Positions 48,525 through 58,703 of a stretch of DNA of 64,000 bases are shown here, piece after piece. The position numbers were made by a program, and so were the translations under genes. This DNA comes from an uncultured Bacilli bacterium (GTDB lineage: Bacteria > Bacillota_I > Bacilli_A > RF39 > UBA660). Location of the stretch: contig CAKPOS010000002.1 of the NCBI GenBank assembly GCA_934176955.1, forward strand, positions 75,218-139,217. Reading direction: 5' to 3'. Numbering within the stretch: position 1 is the first letter of the stretch; the number at the start of each line of letters is the position of its first letter. Below the pieces are notes generated by a model, which did not search any database, was not told the origin of the DNA, and worked only from the letters and a program-made list of their open reading frames with translations.

Positions 48525-49883
48525 TTATTTACTCACTAACTCTAATGCTTTTTCTAATTGTAAATCAACATTATCTTTTATTTCATATTCTACTGTATTT
48601 GTTGGTTTTACTCCTTCTTTATCTATCCAATTATTATTCGGAGTTAACCATTTTTGAATAGTATATTTTATCATACTGCCATCAGATAATTTTTTTGTTT
48701 TTTGGACTGTTCCTTTTCCATAAGTTTGGGTTCCAACAACATATCCACCGTAACTTTCTTTGATTGCTGATGCCAAAATTTCCGATGCAGATGCACTATT
48801 TTTATTTACTAATACCGCAATTGGATAAGTTCGATTTTCTTTTGTTTTATCTTTAATTATTTCCTTTTTATTATTATCTTCTAATTGGTAAATAATTTTT
48901 CCTTTTTTTAAAAACAAACTACTGATATCTGTAACAGCACTTAGGTAACCACCAGAATCATTTCTTACATCTATAATTAATGCATGAATTCCTTTCTTTT
49001 CCAATTTAGTTAATTCTTTTTTAAATTGTTCATACGTAACAGCTGAAAATACGGAAATATCTATATAACCAACTTTTTTATTATCTTTTTCTAATATTTC
49101 ACTACTTATAGAAGGAACTTCTACTTTTCTTCTATTTACTGTGATTTCTTTTTCTTCTCCATCTCTTTTAATGGTTAATTTTATTTTCGAGGCCTTACTA
49201 TTCTTTACATAATTTGACATATCATTACTTGTTTTTCCTTGATAATCTTGGTCATCAATTTTTAATATAATATCTTTTTCTTTTAAACCGGCTTTTTTTG
49301 CTGGGCTATTATCAAAAATATTAATAATTACAATATTATTATTTTCATCCATAGATACCATACATCCAATTCCTTCATAAACTCCATCTACTGTTTCGAG
49401 AAAGCTAGATGCATCACTTTTAGAAGAATAATTAGTATATTCATCTCCTACTTCTGATAACATCGAATTTACTGCGTTATCAATCATATTATTTTTATCT
49501 AAATTTCCATAATAACTAGTGGTAATTGTGTCATACACATTAATTAATTTGTTTAGTTCTCCATATAATTTGATAAAATTTTTCCCACCACTTAAAATAA
49601 ATAAAATAATTAAACAGATTATAGCACCCATTACTTCAAATAGAATAACAGATAATATTTTTTCTTTTATCATTTTTTTACTTTCACATTTGGGATCTTC
49701 TTTTTGTATAAAATTTCTTTTTTGAAATTTTTTTATGTTTTTTCCAAATTTGGATTGATAAAATCTTTGAAGCTTTTGCTCTTTAATTTTTTCTTTTTCT
49801 TCTTTAATTTTTTTCTTTTCTTTTTTTATAATTTCTCTTGATTTTTGAATTTTATTATTTCTATCTTTTTTGATTAAGTTCAT
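48525..49883 (-). CDS. ctpA: S41 carboxy-terminal processing peptidase with PDZ domain
   Basis: PDZ (IFDNSPAKKAGLKEKDIILKID). Catalytic Ser context NKNSASASEI and Lys context GKGTVQ. The start is uncertain (ATG 49895 or 49883); 49883 follows GGTGA. Confidence 0.85.
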   Translation of the reverse strand: MNLIKKDRNNKIQKSREIIKKEKKKIKEEKEKIKEQKLQRFYQSKFGKNIKKFQKRNFIQKEDPKCESKKMIKEKILSVILFEVMGAIICLIILFILSGGKNFIKLYGELNKLINVYDTITTSYYGNLDKNNMIDNAVNSMLSEVGDEYTNYSSKSDASSFLETVDGVYEGIGCMVSMDENNNIVIINIFDNSPAKKAGLKEKDIILKIDDQDYQGKTSNDMSNYVKNSKASKIKLTIKRDGEEKEITVNRRKVEVPSISSEILEKDNKKVGYIDISVFSAVTYEQFKKELTKLEKKGIHALIIDVRNDSGGYLSAVTDISSLFLKKGKIIYQLEDNNKKEIIKDKTKENRTYPIAVLVNKNSASASEILASAIKESYGGYVVGTQTYGKGTVQKTKKLSDGSMIKYTIQKWLTPNNNWIDKEGVKPTNTVEYEIKDNVDLQLEKALELVSK

Positions 49884-50009
49884 TCTTATCACCATGATAT
49901 AAGTCTATCATAAACAATTTATAAATACAATTCTTTAAAAAAAACTTTACACGATTGGTTATTTTCTCTTGTATAAAGAAAAAAAGAAGAACCATTATGA
50001 TTTCTCCCC

Positions 50010-50390
50010 TTATTTTTCCGATTTTACTGTTTTTTTAGCAGGCTTTTTATCTATTTTTTCTTTATTATTTGGTGATTGTGCTAAAAATGTAACTTTTTCT
50101 GCTACTATTTCTGTTTTTTTCTTTTTACTACCGTCATCAGCAGTTATTACTCTTGTTTGAATTCTTCCCTTTACGCCGACCATATCTCCTGATTGACAAT
50201 ATTCAACAGTGTTTTCTGCAACATTTGTCCACAAAGTACAATCTAAAAAATCAGTGTCGTATTCCCCGTTCATGTTTTTATAATTTCTAGGGACAGCTAG
50301 GGTTACAGTTGCTGTTTTTTTCCCATTTTCTGTTGTTCTTAATTCTGGTGTTTTTACTATTCTTCCAACCAAGACAATTTGATTTAACAT
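50010..50390 (-). CDS. ssb: single-stranded DNA-binding protein lacking the acidic C-terminal tip
   Basis: OB-fold MLNQIVLVGRIVKTPELRTTENGKK...VGVKGRIQTR. The start at ATG 50390 follows AAGGAGGG. The C-terminus is Lys-rich (..KKPAKKTVKSEK). Confidence 0.85.
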   Translation of the reverse strand: MLNQIVLVGRIVKTPELRTTENGKKTATVTLAVPRNYKNMNGEYDTDFLDCTLWTNVAENTVEYCQSGDMVGVKGRIQTRVITADDGSKKKKTEIVAEKVTFLAQSPNNKEKIDKKPAKKTVKSEK

Positions 50391-50612
50391 ATTATCCCTC
50401 CTTTCGTGATGAATATAACACTTCATTGAAAAAGAGACAAATTTTTAAAAATTAATTCTTTTACAGTATTTTTAGTTTTTTATTTAAAATACTTATTTTG
50501 AACTTTTCCTTAAATAAAATTGAAGGTAATTTTTTTCATTTCGGCAATGAAGTAGCTAAATAATGAAATTCAAAATTTAAAAAAGGGACTTTTTCATTTG
50601 ACAGAAATTTGA

Positions 50613-50643
50613 CAAAAAAAAAGACTAATTTTACTTTAGTCTT
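50613..50643 (-). terminator. intrinsic terminator downstream of sufB
   Basis: Minus strand reads AAGACTAAAG-taaaa-TTAGTCTT followed by TTTTTTTT, abutting the stop codon. Confidence 0.6.
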
Positions 50644-51951
50644 CTATGATTCTATATTTATTTTTAATAATCGATTTAATTCAACTGCATATTCCATTGG
50701 TAATTCTTCTCTAAATTCATTGATAAATCCTAGGATAATTAGTTCTTTTGCAGCTTCTTCTGGTAAACCTCTACTCATTAAGTAAAAAAGTTTGTCATCA
50801 CTAATTTTGCTTACTGTTGCTTCATGTTCTAATAGTGAAGTTGAATTGGCAACAATATTATTTGGAATGGTATCACTTTTTGATAATTTATCTAAAATAA
50901 TGGTATCACATTTGACACTAGCTAAGGAATCATGTGCATTTTTTGTTATTTTTACTGTCCCACGGTATGTAGCATTTCCACCGTTGGAAGCAATTGATTT
51001 GGAAACAATATTGCTTTTGGTATACGGAGCTAAGTGAATCATTTTTGCACCAGTATCTTGAATTTGATTTTTTCCAGCTCCTGCTACAGTAATACAAGTC
51101 CCCCTTGCATGTGGTCCATTTAAAATACAGGCTGGATATTTCATATTTGTTTTGGCACCAACATTTCCATCTATCCATTCCATTAATCCATTTTCTTCTA
51201 CAATTGCTCTTTTAGTAACTAAATTATAGACATCACTTGACCAGTTTTGAATAGTTGTGTATCTACATTTTGCATTTTTTTCTACGAATATTTCTACTAC
51301 AGCGGCATGTAGGGCATCTTCTGTATAAGTTGGTGCTGTGCAACCTTCAATATAGTGAAGTTCACTTCCTTCATCAACAATAATTAATGTTCTTTCAAAT
51401 TGTCCCATATTTTTGCTGTTAATTCTAAAATAACTTTGTAATGGTCTATCTAATTTTGTATATGGAGGAATATAAATGAATGTTCCGCCACTCCAAACAG
51501 CTCCATTTAAGGCAGTAAATTTATTTTCATCATATTTTACTAAGTGATTAAAATATTTTTTAAATATTTCAGGATGTTGTTTTAGTGCACTGTCGGTATC
51601 TAAAAAAATTACATTTTTTTCTTCTAATTCTTTTATCATATTATGGTAAATAACTTCACTGTCATATTGAGCACCTATTCCATCTAAGTATTTTTTTTCG
51701 GCATCAATTACTCCTAACTTGTCAAACTCATCACGAACGGAACAGGAAATATTATTCCAATCATTTGTTAATTTCTCTTCTCTTTTTTTGTAATAATTTA
51801 TACTATTATAATCAATATCTAATTTTGGACCAAAGGATGGGTCTTTACTATTTTGAAAATATTCAAAAGATTTTAATCGAAATTCTAGCATCCATGAAGG
51901 TTCTTCTTTAATACTAGATATATTTTTTATGTCATCTCGTGTTAATTTCAT
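50644..51951 (-). CDS. sufB: Fe-S cluster assembly protein SufB
   Basis: About 435 aa. EEPSWMLEFRLKSFEYF and GAQYDSEVIYHNM...HPEIFKKYF are typical of SufB. ATG 51951 follows AAAGGTGA. The track start at 51960 is GTG. Confidence 0.85.
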   Translation of the reverse strand: MKLTRDDIKNISSIKEEPSWMLEFRLKSFEYFQNSKDPSFGPKLDIDYNSINYYKKREEKLTNDWNNISCSVRDEFDKLGVIDAEKKYLDGIGAQYDSEVIYHNMIKELEEKNVIFLDTDSALKQHPEIFKKYFNHLVKYDENKFTALNGAVWSGGTFIYIPPYTKLDRPLQSYFRINSKNMGQFERTLIIVDEGSELHYIEGCTAPTYTEDALHAAVVEIFVEKNAKCRYTTIQNWSSDVYNLVTKRAIVEENGLMEWIDGNVGAKTNMKYPACILNGPHARGTCITVAGAGKNQIQDTGAKMIHLAPYTKSNIVSKSIASNGGNATYRGTVKITKNAHDSLASVKCDTIILDKLSKSDTIPNNIVANSTSLLEHEATVSKISDDKLFYLMSRGLPEEAAKELIILGFINEFREELPMEYAVELNRLLKINIES

Positions 51952-52046
51952 TGCAATCACCTTTTTTCTATCCTTATTATACCAAAGATAGGTAAAAATA
52001 AAAAGTTATTTTGTTTTTCCAAAAATATTTTTGAAAAGAAAATAAC

Positions 52047-53249
52047 TTATTTTATGCAATAAAGTAAATAACCAATGCAAACTGAAAATATTGCTATGAT
52101 AATTAGTCCTATAATCATTTGAATAATGTTTACATATCCAGAACTGCTGCTACTTGTTTCTAGTCTGCTTCTTTCTCGATTTAATCGTTCAAAGTAATTT
52201 AAATTGGTAATTATATTATTTAATACCATATTATAATTACTTAAGTCTAGGTTGTATTTTAAGATAATATCAATATTTTGAAGATATTTATCTTTTTTAT
52301 TTAGAATACTGTCTACCCTATCTTTTATTTTATCATAATAGTTATAAAATAAACATTCAATTAGTTCATAGCGATTGCAAGTAATTCCATTGACAATAAT
52401 AATATCATTATTTTTTAAAATTGAAGGAAAGACATTATCAAATAAAGGAGCAAAAGAATATCTTTTAGTTTCTTTATCACAAAGAATTCCATAATCTTTG
52501 AAGTTTCTCTCACTTTGATTAATTATGCTGTCAAATAAAAGCATATCAAAATATTTTTTTTCAATTTTTTGATAATCTTCTTCAAGCATACTAGGAAGAC
52601 TTTTTAGAATGTTTAGTCCATAATCAATAATTGTTTTATAATCTTCTTTGGTGTTTGCTACTTTTAATTGTTCTGCTGCATCTACCCATTTTTCTTTTTT
52701 TAGTTTTCCACTGGTAATTAGTTTTAAAAATCTTTTTTTTAGGTTTTCTACATCATAAAATTCATCATCATCAATAATATCTCTAATAATAATGGAATCT
52801 TTTTGTTTTGTTGCATTGTAAACTCTGTATTCTTCTACAATATCAATATTTAATAATTTTCCAACTTGGCAAATAGCAATTTCTAAATCATCAACTTGTG
52901 TATGTTTTTGATAGCCTTTAAAAGTATTTTCAACCAATACTTCTGAAGATTCTGGATTAGTTACTGTAATAGATATTGGTTGAAGATAAATATTGCTATT
53001 GCTATCAAATGCTGTCAAATAGTAATTTTTTCCTGGATTTAAACTAGGAGTATTTTGAATCGTAAATGCTAACTTATTTTGATGCATGTAATAATTGGCA
53101 ACATTTTCTATTTCATGTTTGATATTTTCGATATTTCTTGTATCATTTTGATACTTAACGATTAATTCGTTAACTTGTTCTTTAGTTAATCCATATTTTG
53201 AACTAATACTGTTAATTAAATTCACAACATTATTGATATTTCCATTCAT
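52047..53249 (-). CDS. hypothetical protein with degenerate HipA_C-like kinase core and C-terminal TM anchor
   Basis: 400 aa. IINQSERNFKDYGIL....YSFAPLFDN aligns by eye to the HipA catalytic core (GNxDxHxxNfg...LAPhYD). The C-terminus has one TM, IIQMIIGLIIIAIFSVCIGYLLY. Confidence 0.5.
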   Translation of the reverse strand: MNGNINNVVNLINSISSKYGLTKEQVNELIVKYQNDTRNIENIKHEIENVANYYMHQNKLAFTIQNTPSLNPGKNYYLTAFDSNSNIYLQPISITVTNPESSEVLVENTFKGYQKHTQVDDLEIAICQVGKLLNIDIVEEYRVYNATKQKDSIIIRDIIDDDEFYDVENLKKRFLKLITSGKLKKEKWVDAAEQLKVANTKEDYKTIIDYGLNILKSLPSMLEEDYQKIEKKYFDMLLFDSIINQSERNFKDYGILCDKETKRYSFAPLFDNVFPSILKNNDIIIVNGITCNRYELIECLFYNYYDKIKDRVDSILNKKDKYLQNIDIILKYNLDLSNYNMVLNNIITNLNYFERLNRERSRLETSSSSSGYVNIIQMIIGLIIIAIFSVCIGYLLYCIK

Positions 53250-53435
53250 CTATTATCACTATCCTATTTTCTATTTTATGTTTTTAGTATATCATTAAAT
53301 TACATAAAAAAAAAGAAATATTTGCTATTTTTTAGAAAATATTTCATTGGAGTAAAATACTTAAATATTTCTTTTCTATATTTAAAGAAAATCTTAATTT
53401 AAGGAATAGGATTTATCAGTAAATTTCTTTTATTC

Positions 53436-55532
53436 CTAATTTATTTTAGTAATACTTCTATGATTTTTAATAAATTTTTTGATGCCAGTTGGATGAGGAA
53501 AAGCAACAGTTATAATTTTTTTATCTACAGCAGTTACAACGCCTTCGCCATAATCTTCATGTCTAATATTATCTCCTATGCAATAATCAACATCAGTATT
53601 TTTATACATTCTTTCTTTATTGATTTTAGCTACTTTAGTAAAAATGGATGTTGTTTTCTTTTCTCTTTCTAAATATTTATCATCAATTTCGTCAATAAAA
53701 CGACTTGGTGCATTCATTTGATTTTGTCCATAAAGCATTCTTTTTTTTGTATTAATTATCCAAAGTTTTTTCTTGGCTCTGGTAATGGCTACATAGCAAA
53801 GTCTTCTTTCTTCTTCTATTGCTTCATTGGTTCCTTCCATAATAGAATTATAATGTGGGAATATTCCTTCTTCCATCCCAATAATAAAGACATAATCATA
53901 TTCTAGACCTTTAACAGAGTGGACAGTCATTAGACTCACTTTATTATTTCCTTCTTCATGTTCAGTAACATCAGAAACCAAAGAGATTTCATTTAGAAAA
54001 TCATCAAGAGATACTTCACCATATTCATTTTCATAATTTTTCGTAATGGATTTAAATTCTTCTAAGTTTTCTAAACGAATCTCATTTTCAAGTGTTTTTT
54101 CTTCTGATAATTCTTTTTTTAAGCCACTTTTTTCTAAGACAAGTTCTACCATTTCTGTTAATGTTTTATTTTCGGAAGAAGCTTGTAATTCTTCAATTAA
54201 CTGTTTGAATGCTAGTTCTTTTCCTGAAGTAATTGCTTCAAACATTGATGTATTATTTTCTTCTGCTTTAGCATTGATATTTGCTATTGTGACATTCCCA
54301 ATTCCTCTTTTGGGAACGTTAATTACCCTAGTTAAACTAACATCATCTTTTGGATTATTGATAAGTCTTAAATAACATAATAAATCTTTAATTTCTTTTC
54401 TATTATAGAAGTAAAAGCTACCAATAATTCGATAAGGAATATTTGATTTTAACATAGATTCTTCTATTGCTCTTGATTGGGCATTAGTTCGATATAAAAT
54501 AGCAATATCATCATAACTTGTTCCTGTTTCTGCTATTTTTTTGATCTCTTTAACAACATATTCCCCTTCTGCTTTTTCATCATCAGTTTTGATATATTTT
54601 ATCTTATCTCCTTCTTCGTTATTGCTCCATAGATTTTTATCCTTTCTTAATTTATTATGCTTAATGACACTATTTGCAGCATTTAAGATTGTTTTTGTGG
54701 AGCGATAATTCTCTTCTAAAAGAATAGTTTTGCAATCAGGATAATCCTTTTCAAAATTTAAAATATTTTTATAATTTGCTCCTCTAAAGGCATAAATGGC
54801 TTGGTCATTATCTCCTACAACAAAAATATTTCGATATTTTTTACTAAGCATTTTACTAAATACGTATTGTGCTTCATTAGTATCCTGATATTCATCAATT
54901 AAAATATATTGATATCTTTCTTGATAACTATTTAAAATATTTGGACTTATTTCAAATAATTTGATTGGTAAAACTAATAAGTCATCAAAATCTACAGAAT
55001 TTCCTGCTTTTAATTTTTGGCAATACTTTTTATACAGTGTTACTACTTTTTCATCAAATTCTTGCTTTTTAAATTTCTCAGGAGGAATTAATTCATTTTT
55101 AGCCGAACTAATTTTACTTCTTAATTCTCTAGCATTATAGAATTTAGGATTCATATTTAAGTCTTTCATTAATTTTTTGACTACTGTTAAAGTGTCGTCA
55201 CTATCAAGAATAATAAAATTTTTATCGTACCCTAAGAATTCATAATTTTCTTTTATGATTTTTAATCCAAAAGAGTGAAAAGTAGAAATTTGAATATATC
55301 TGGCATCTGAACCAATTAATTTAGTTACTCTTTCTTTCATTTCTCTAGCTGCTTTATTGGTAAAGGTGATGGCTAAAATATTAGCTGGAGATACTCCTTC
55401 TTCTATTAGGTAAGCAATTCGATTGGTTAAGACACTCGTTTTTCCTGAACCTGCACCTGCTAAAACTAACATTGGTCCGTCTTTGTGGATAACTGCTTTT
55501 TGCTGATTTTGATTTAAAAAACTAATATCCAT
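53436..55532 (-). CDS. pcrA: ATP-dependent DNA helicase PcrA/UvrD family
   Basis: 698 aa. Motif I AGAGSGKT, motif II DEYQDT, and helicase motifs through VTRAK. C-terminal Tudor-like GDNIRHEDYGEGVV. Confidence 0.92.
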   Translation of the reverse strand: MDISFLNQNQQKAVIHKDGPMLVLAGAGSGKTSVLTNRIAYLIEEGVSPANILAITFTNKAAREMKERVTKLIGSDARYIQISTFHSFGLKIIKENYEFLGYDKNFIILDSDDTLTVVKKLMKDLNMNPKFYNARELRSKISSAKNELIPPEKFKKQEFDEKVVTLYKKYCQKLKAGNSVDFDDLLVLPIKLFEISPNILNSYQERYQYILIDEYQDTNEAQYVFSKMLSKKYRNIFVVGDNDQAIYAFRGANYKNILNFEKDYPDCKTILLEENYRSTKTILNAANSVIKHNKLRKDKNLWSNNEEGDKIKYIKTDDEKAEGEYVVKEIKKIAETGTSYDDIAILYRTNAQSRAIEESMLKSNIPYRIIGSFYFYNRKEIKDLLCYLRLINNPKDDVSLTRVINVPKRGIGNVTIANINAKAEENNTSMFEAITSGKELAFKQLIEELQASSENKTLTEMVELVLEKSGLKKELSEEKTLENEIRLENLEEFKSITKNYENEYGEVSLDDFLNEISLVSDVTEHEEGNNKVSLMTVHSVKGLEYDYVFIIGMEEGIFPHYNSIMEGTNEAIEEERRLCYVAITRAKKKLWIINTKKRMLYGQNQMNAPSRFIDEIDDKYLEREKKTTSIFTKVAKINKERMYKNTDVDYCIGDNIRHEDYGEGVVTAVDKKIITVAFPHPTGIKKFIKNHRSITKIN

Positions 55533-55605
55533 GATATGTTCCTCCTTTTCTAAAATACTTCAGTCTCTTTTTCCTTTTAAAAAAAGATATTTTTGATAAA
55601 TATCT

Positions 55606-56661
55606 TTAAATTGTTTGTTCTGTTAAGTTATCAATAAAGGGAATTTTTTCATTTAAATATAATCCTATTTTTTTGTTTTCTAAACTTTTAATTAATTCTT
55701 CTTTTGGTATTTCAACAAAACTGTTTCTAGTATAGTTGAAACTATAATATTTTTGGGAAAAATTAATTAATAAGAAATGTTCTTTTTTATGGTTATTGTT
55801 AATATATAAATTGTTCATTGTTATTTTATCATTTGGACAATACTGATTAAATATTTCCTCAAAGATAATTTTTAATTCAATTGGTTTTATGTTACTTGCT
55901 CCGATAATAGTAGCTGTCTTGTTTAGAATTAGTTGAAAGATATTTTCTTTACTATAATCTAAGTTTGATAATATTTTTTCTAATTTATTATCATTATAAT
56001 CATCTATTAAATAGGCAATTTTTTTGTCTAATATTAAATTATCATTATATCTAGCAAAATTTTTTGTTTTAAAATTAGCTTGAATAAATGGAATATCTTG
56101 AGTAATATTTGTTGACAATTCTCTATTATTTATGGTTAAAATATTTTTTTGATACCCTAATTGTCCTGTTGTTATAATTTTACAATTAATATTCATAATT
56201 CTACATAAAAATAAATAAAGTTTACTTAGGGAATGATTTGTCCCTTTTCCATAGTAAAGACTTCCCCATAAATTATTAATTGTACTTATTGTTTGTAAAT
56301 TAAAAGTTTCATTTTTATCTGGTAAAATATTGATGTCATAGCTGATATTTTTTCCAATTGTAATATATAAAAATCTAGCAATTTCTAATTCTGATAATGA
56401 AGTGGGAATGCTATTGATAATATCTAAAATAAAAAGTTGTGATTGTTTAAAAATATCATAAGAAACATAGATATATCCTTTTATTTCTTCTGATAGATCA
56501 GAATAAGAATATTTTTCTCCATGTTCTAGTAGATAGTAAATTACTTCTAAATTGGGGTTCATGATATCTAGATTAATGTATTTAATCGCTGGATTATTTT
56601 TTAATTGTTTAATATCGTCCATTGTTTTTATATTCATTCTTATTTGGGAGCTATCTTTCAT
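55606..56661 (-). CDS. transglutaminase-like fold paralog with the catalytic Cys replaced (likely inactive)
   Basis: 351 aa. LSELEIARFLYITIGKNISYD....GKGTNHSLSKLYLFLCRIMNINCKII parallels the core of the 605-aa protein, but has Asn where the Cys is expected. No downstream His/Asp pair is evident. Confidence 0.45.
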   Translation of the reverse strand: MKDSSQIRMNIKTMDDIKQLKNNPAIKYINLDIMNPNLEVIYYLLEHGEKYSYSDLSEEIKGYIYVSYDIFKQSQLFILDIINSIPTSLSELEIARFLYITIGKNISYDINILPDKNETFNLQTISTINNLWGSLYYGKGTNHSLSKLYLFLCRIMNINCKIITTGQLGYQKNILTINNRELSTNITQDIPFIQANFKTKNFARYNDNLILDKKIAYLIDDYNDNKLEKILSNLDYSKENIFQLILNKTATIIGASNIKPIELKIIFEEIFNQYCPNDKITMNNLYINNNHKKEHFLLINFSQKYYSFNYTRNSFVEIPKEELIKSLENKKIGLYLNEKIPFIDNLTEQTI

Positions 56662-56755
56662 ACTATCACCATTTTAATTATAGTATAGGTTAATAAAAAA
56701 AGAAACACAATTATACTTTGTGTTTACAATTTTTATTTTTTTGTTTACTTCAAGT

Positions 56756-56793
56756 AAAATACTAATAAAGATTTTACTACTTATCAGTATTAT
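56756..56793. terminator. shared-stem hairpin variant AAAATACTAATA-N14-TATCAGTATTAT overlapping the HK gene stop
   Basis: Read directly. Two variant bases relative to the family consensus. The right arm encodes the last codons (..NTDK*) of the kinase. Confidence 0.45.
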
Positions 56794-58630
56794 TAATAAA
56801 GCAATTATCAATTTTTTCTTTAATTATTTCTTTTGTAAAAGGTTTTGTTACACAGTCTGTAAATCCTAAAAGTTGATATTTTTCTTGTGCTCCACTTACC
56901 GCATCGGCAGTAAGTGCTATTACTGGAGTATTAAAATTATTCGTTTTCTTTAATTCTTTCATTGCGGTTACTCCACTCATTATGGGCATCATAATATCCA
57001 TTAAAATAATATCATATTGTTTTTCTTTAATTTTCTCCAATGCTTCTTTTCCATTGTAACACTCATCTACTTCTTTGAAATTTAAGGAAGCAATAGCTCT
57101 TTTTGCTACTTTGATGTTTAATTTATTATCATCGACAATTAAAATAGATTTTTCTTGATATGAAACTTTATTTTGTATTTGTTCTTGATTTTTATTCTTT
57201 GCCGTTGTTTCTAATTCTTTTGAAGAAGCAATTTTTTGGGGCAAAGTAACTATGAACATTGAACCTTTTCCATAGGTAGATTCAACATTGATTTTTCCTC
57301 CTAATAATTCGACTAATTTTTTGGTAATGGCAAGTCCTAATCCTGTTCCCTCTGTTGTGGTATTTTTTTCAACATCAAGGCGTTCAAATTTATGAAATAG
57401 TTTATCAATATATTCTTTTTTTATTCCTCTTCCTGTATCTTTAACAGTCATGAATAAAAGGGAAGTTTCTTTTTTGTTAATACATTTTATATTTAACTCT
57501 ATTGAACCTTGATCAGTATATTTGATTGCATTGGATAGTAAATTATTTAAAATTTGCTTTACGTGTATTTTATCTCCTTTTAAGTATTTTGGAATATCTG
57601 GGGCAATATTTAATTGATAATTAATTGGTTTTGTTCCTATCCTCGTACCATTTATCTTAAATAATATTTCTACTTCTTCTTTAAAGTCATAAACGACTTC
57701 ACTTACTTCTATTTTATCACTTTCAATTTTATTAATATCCATAATATTTCCAACGATTTCTAAAAGTGTGTGGGAAGCTGATATAACATCTTCAACATCT
57801 TCTTTCATGCTACTTGATAATTCTTTGTTATCAGCCATATCTTCACATAACCCTACGATAGCATTTAATGGGGTTCTGATTTCATGAGACATTGAAGATA
57901 AAAAATCACTTTTCGCAGCATTTGCTTTTTCTGCTTGTTCTCTTGCAATATTTAATTCTTCTATCATTTTAAGATCAGGGTTTTCAATGGTGTGATACAT
58001 TAAAACGGTTACAATGGTTTGCATAGATATCATCAATGTTAATTCTGGATAGCGATATTGGATTAACATCACAATAATGCCTAAACTTATAAATAAAAAG
58101 ATAGGATAATATTTTTTATTAAAGATTTTTTTTATATTACTTATCAATTCTAATATCCAAATGAAAATACAAATCCCACTAAATAAATAGGTGTAGTTTG
58201 CAGCAGCTCCATAGGTATAAGCGGTTCCATTTTTACTATAAGCATATAGTGGTAAAAAATATATTATTCCTACACTAATTATAAAAATAGTTATTAGTAT
58301 ATATTTACTCCAGTTAATAATTTTATTCTTATATTTATCTTTTAAAGAAATCACGGTTACATAATAAGTAAAAAGAGAAATCCAAATAATAAAGTATACT
58401 AGTATTAATTTTAAAATTAAAATAGCTATATGTTCATTTTTAAAAAGTAATACTCTAATTGCATAAGTTGCGGGAAATATCTCTATAATTAACCCAATTA
58501 AATTGGTAATTAATAGTTTTCCATAAATTTCATTTTCTATATTTTTTTGCTTTTTTTTAGGAAAATACACGCCTATCATTAGAATGCAATAAAACAAACT
58601 GATGATTGAAAAAAATATTCCATTCCTCAT
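56777..58630 (-). CDS. hybrid sensor histidine kinase (multi-TM sensor, HisKA, HATPase_c, REC)
   Basis: H-box [12 protein letters not shown]-boxes DTGRGI and GTGLGLAI, C-terminal REC (ILIVDDN...[10 protein letters not shown]). The start at ATG 58630 follows AGGGA. The track start at 58663 is a TTG inside the promoter -10. Confidence 0.88.
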   Translation of the reverse strand: MRNGIFFSIISLFYCILMIGVYFPKKKQKNIENEIYGKLLITNLIGLIIEIFPATYAIRVLLFKNEHIAILILKLILVYFIIWISLFTYYVTVISLKDKYKNKIINWSKYILITIFIISVGIIYFLPLYAYSKNGTAYTYGAAANYTYLFSGICIFIWILELISNIKKIFNKKYYPIFLFISLGIIVMLIQYRYPELTLMISMQTIVTVLMYHTIENPDLKMIEELNIAREQAEKANAAKSDFLSSMSHEIRTPLNAIVGLCEDMADNKELSSSMKEDVEDVISASHTLLEIVGNIMDINKIESDKIEVSEVVYDFKEEVEILFKINGTRIGTKPINYQLNIAPDIPKYLKGDKIHVKQILNNLLSNAIKYTDQGSIELNIKCINKKETSLLFMTVKDTGRGIKKEYIDKLFHKFERLDVEKNTTTEGTGLGLAITKKLVELLGGKINVESTYGKGSMFIVTLPQKIASSKELETTAKNKNQEQIQNKVSYQEKSILIVDDNKLNIKVAKRAIASLNFKEVDECYNGKEALEKIKEKQYDIILMDIMMPIMSGVTAMKELKKTNNFNTPVIALTADAVSGAQEKYQLLGFTDCVTKPFTKEIIKEKIDNCFINNTDK

Positions 58631-58651
58631 ACAATCCCTACTTTCAAAAAC

Positions 58652-58660
58652 ATTATAGCA
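58652..58660 (-). promoter_or_regulatory. extended -10 element TGCTATAAT upstream of the hybrid kinase gene
   Basis: Read on the minus strand, about 20 nt upstream of ATG 58630. Confidence 0.45.
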
Positions 58661-58703
58661 CAATATACATAAAATTTTATTTTTTTTAGAAAAAAAGTAG
58701 AGA

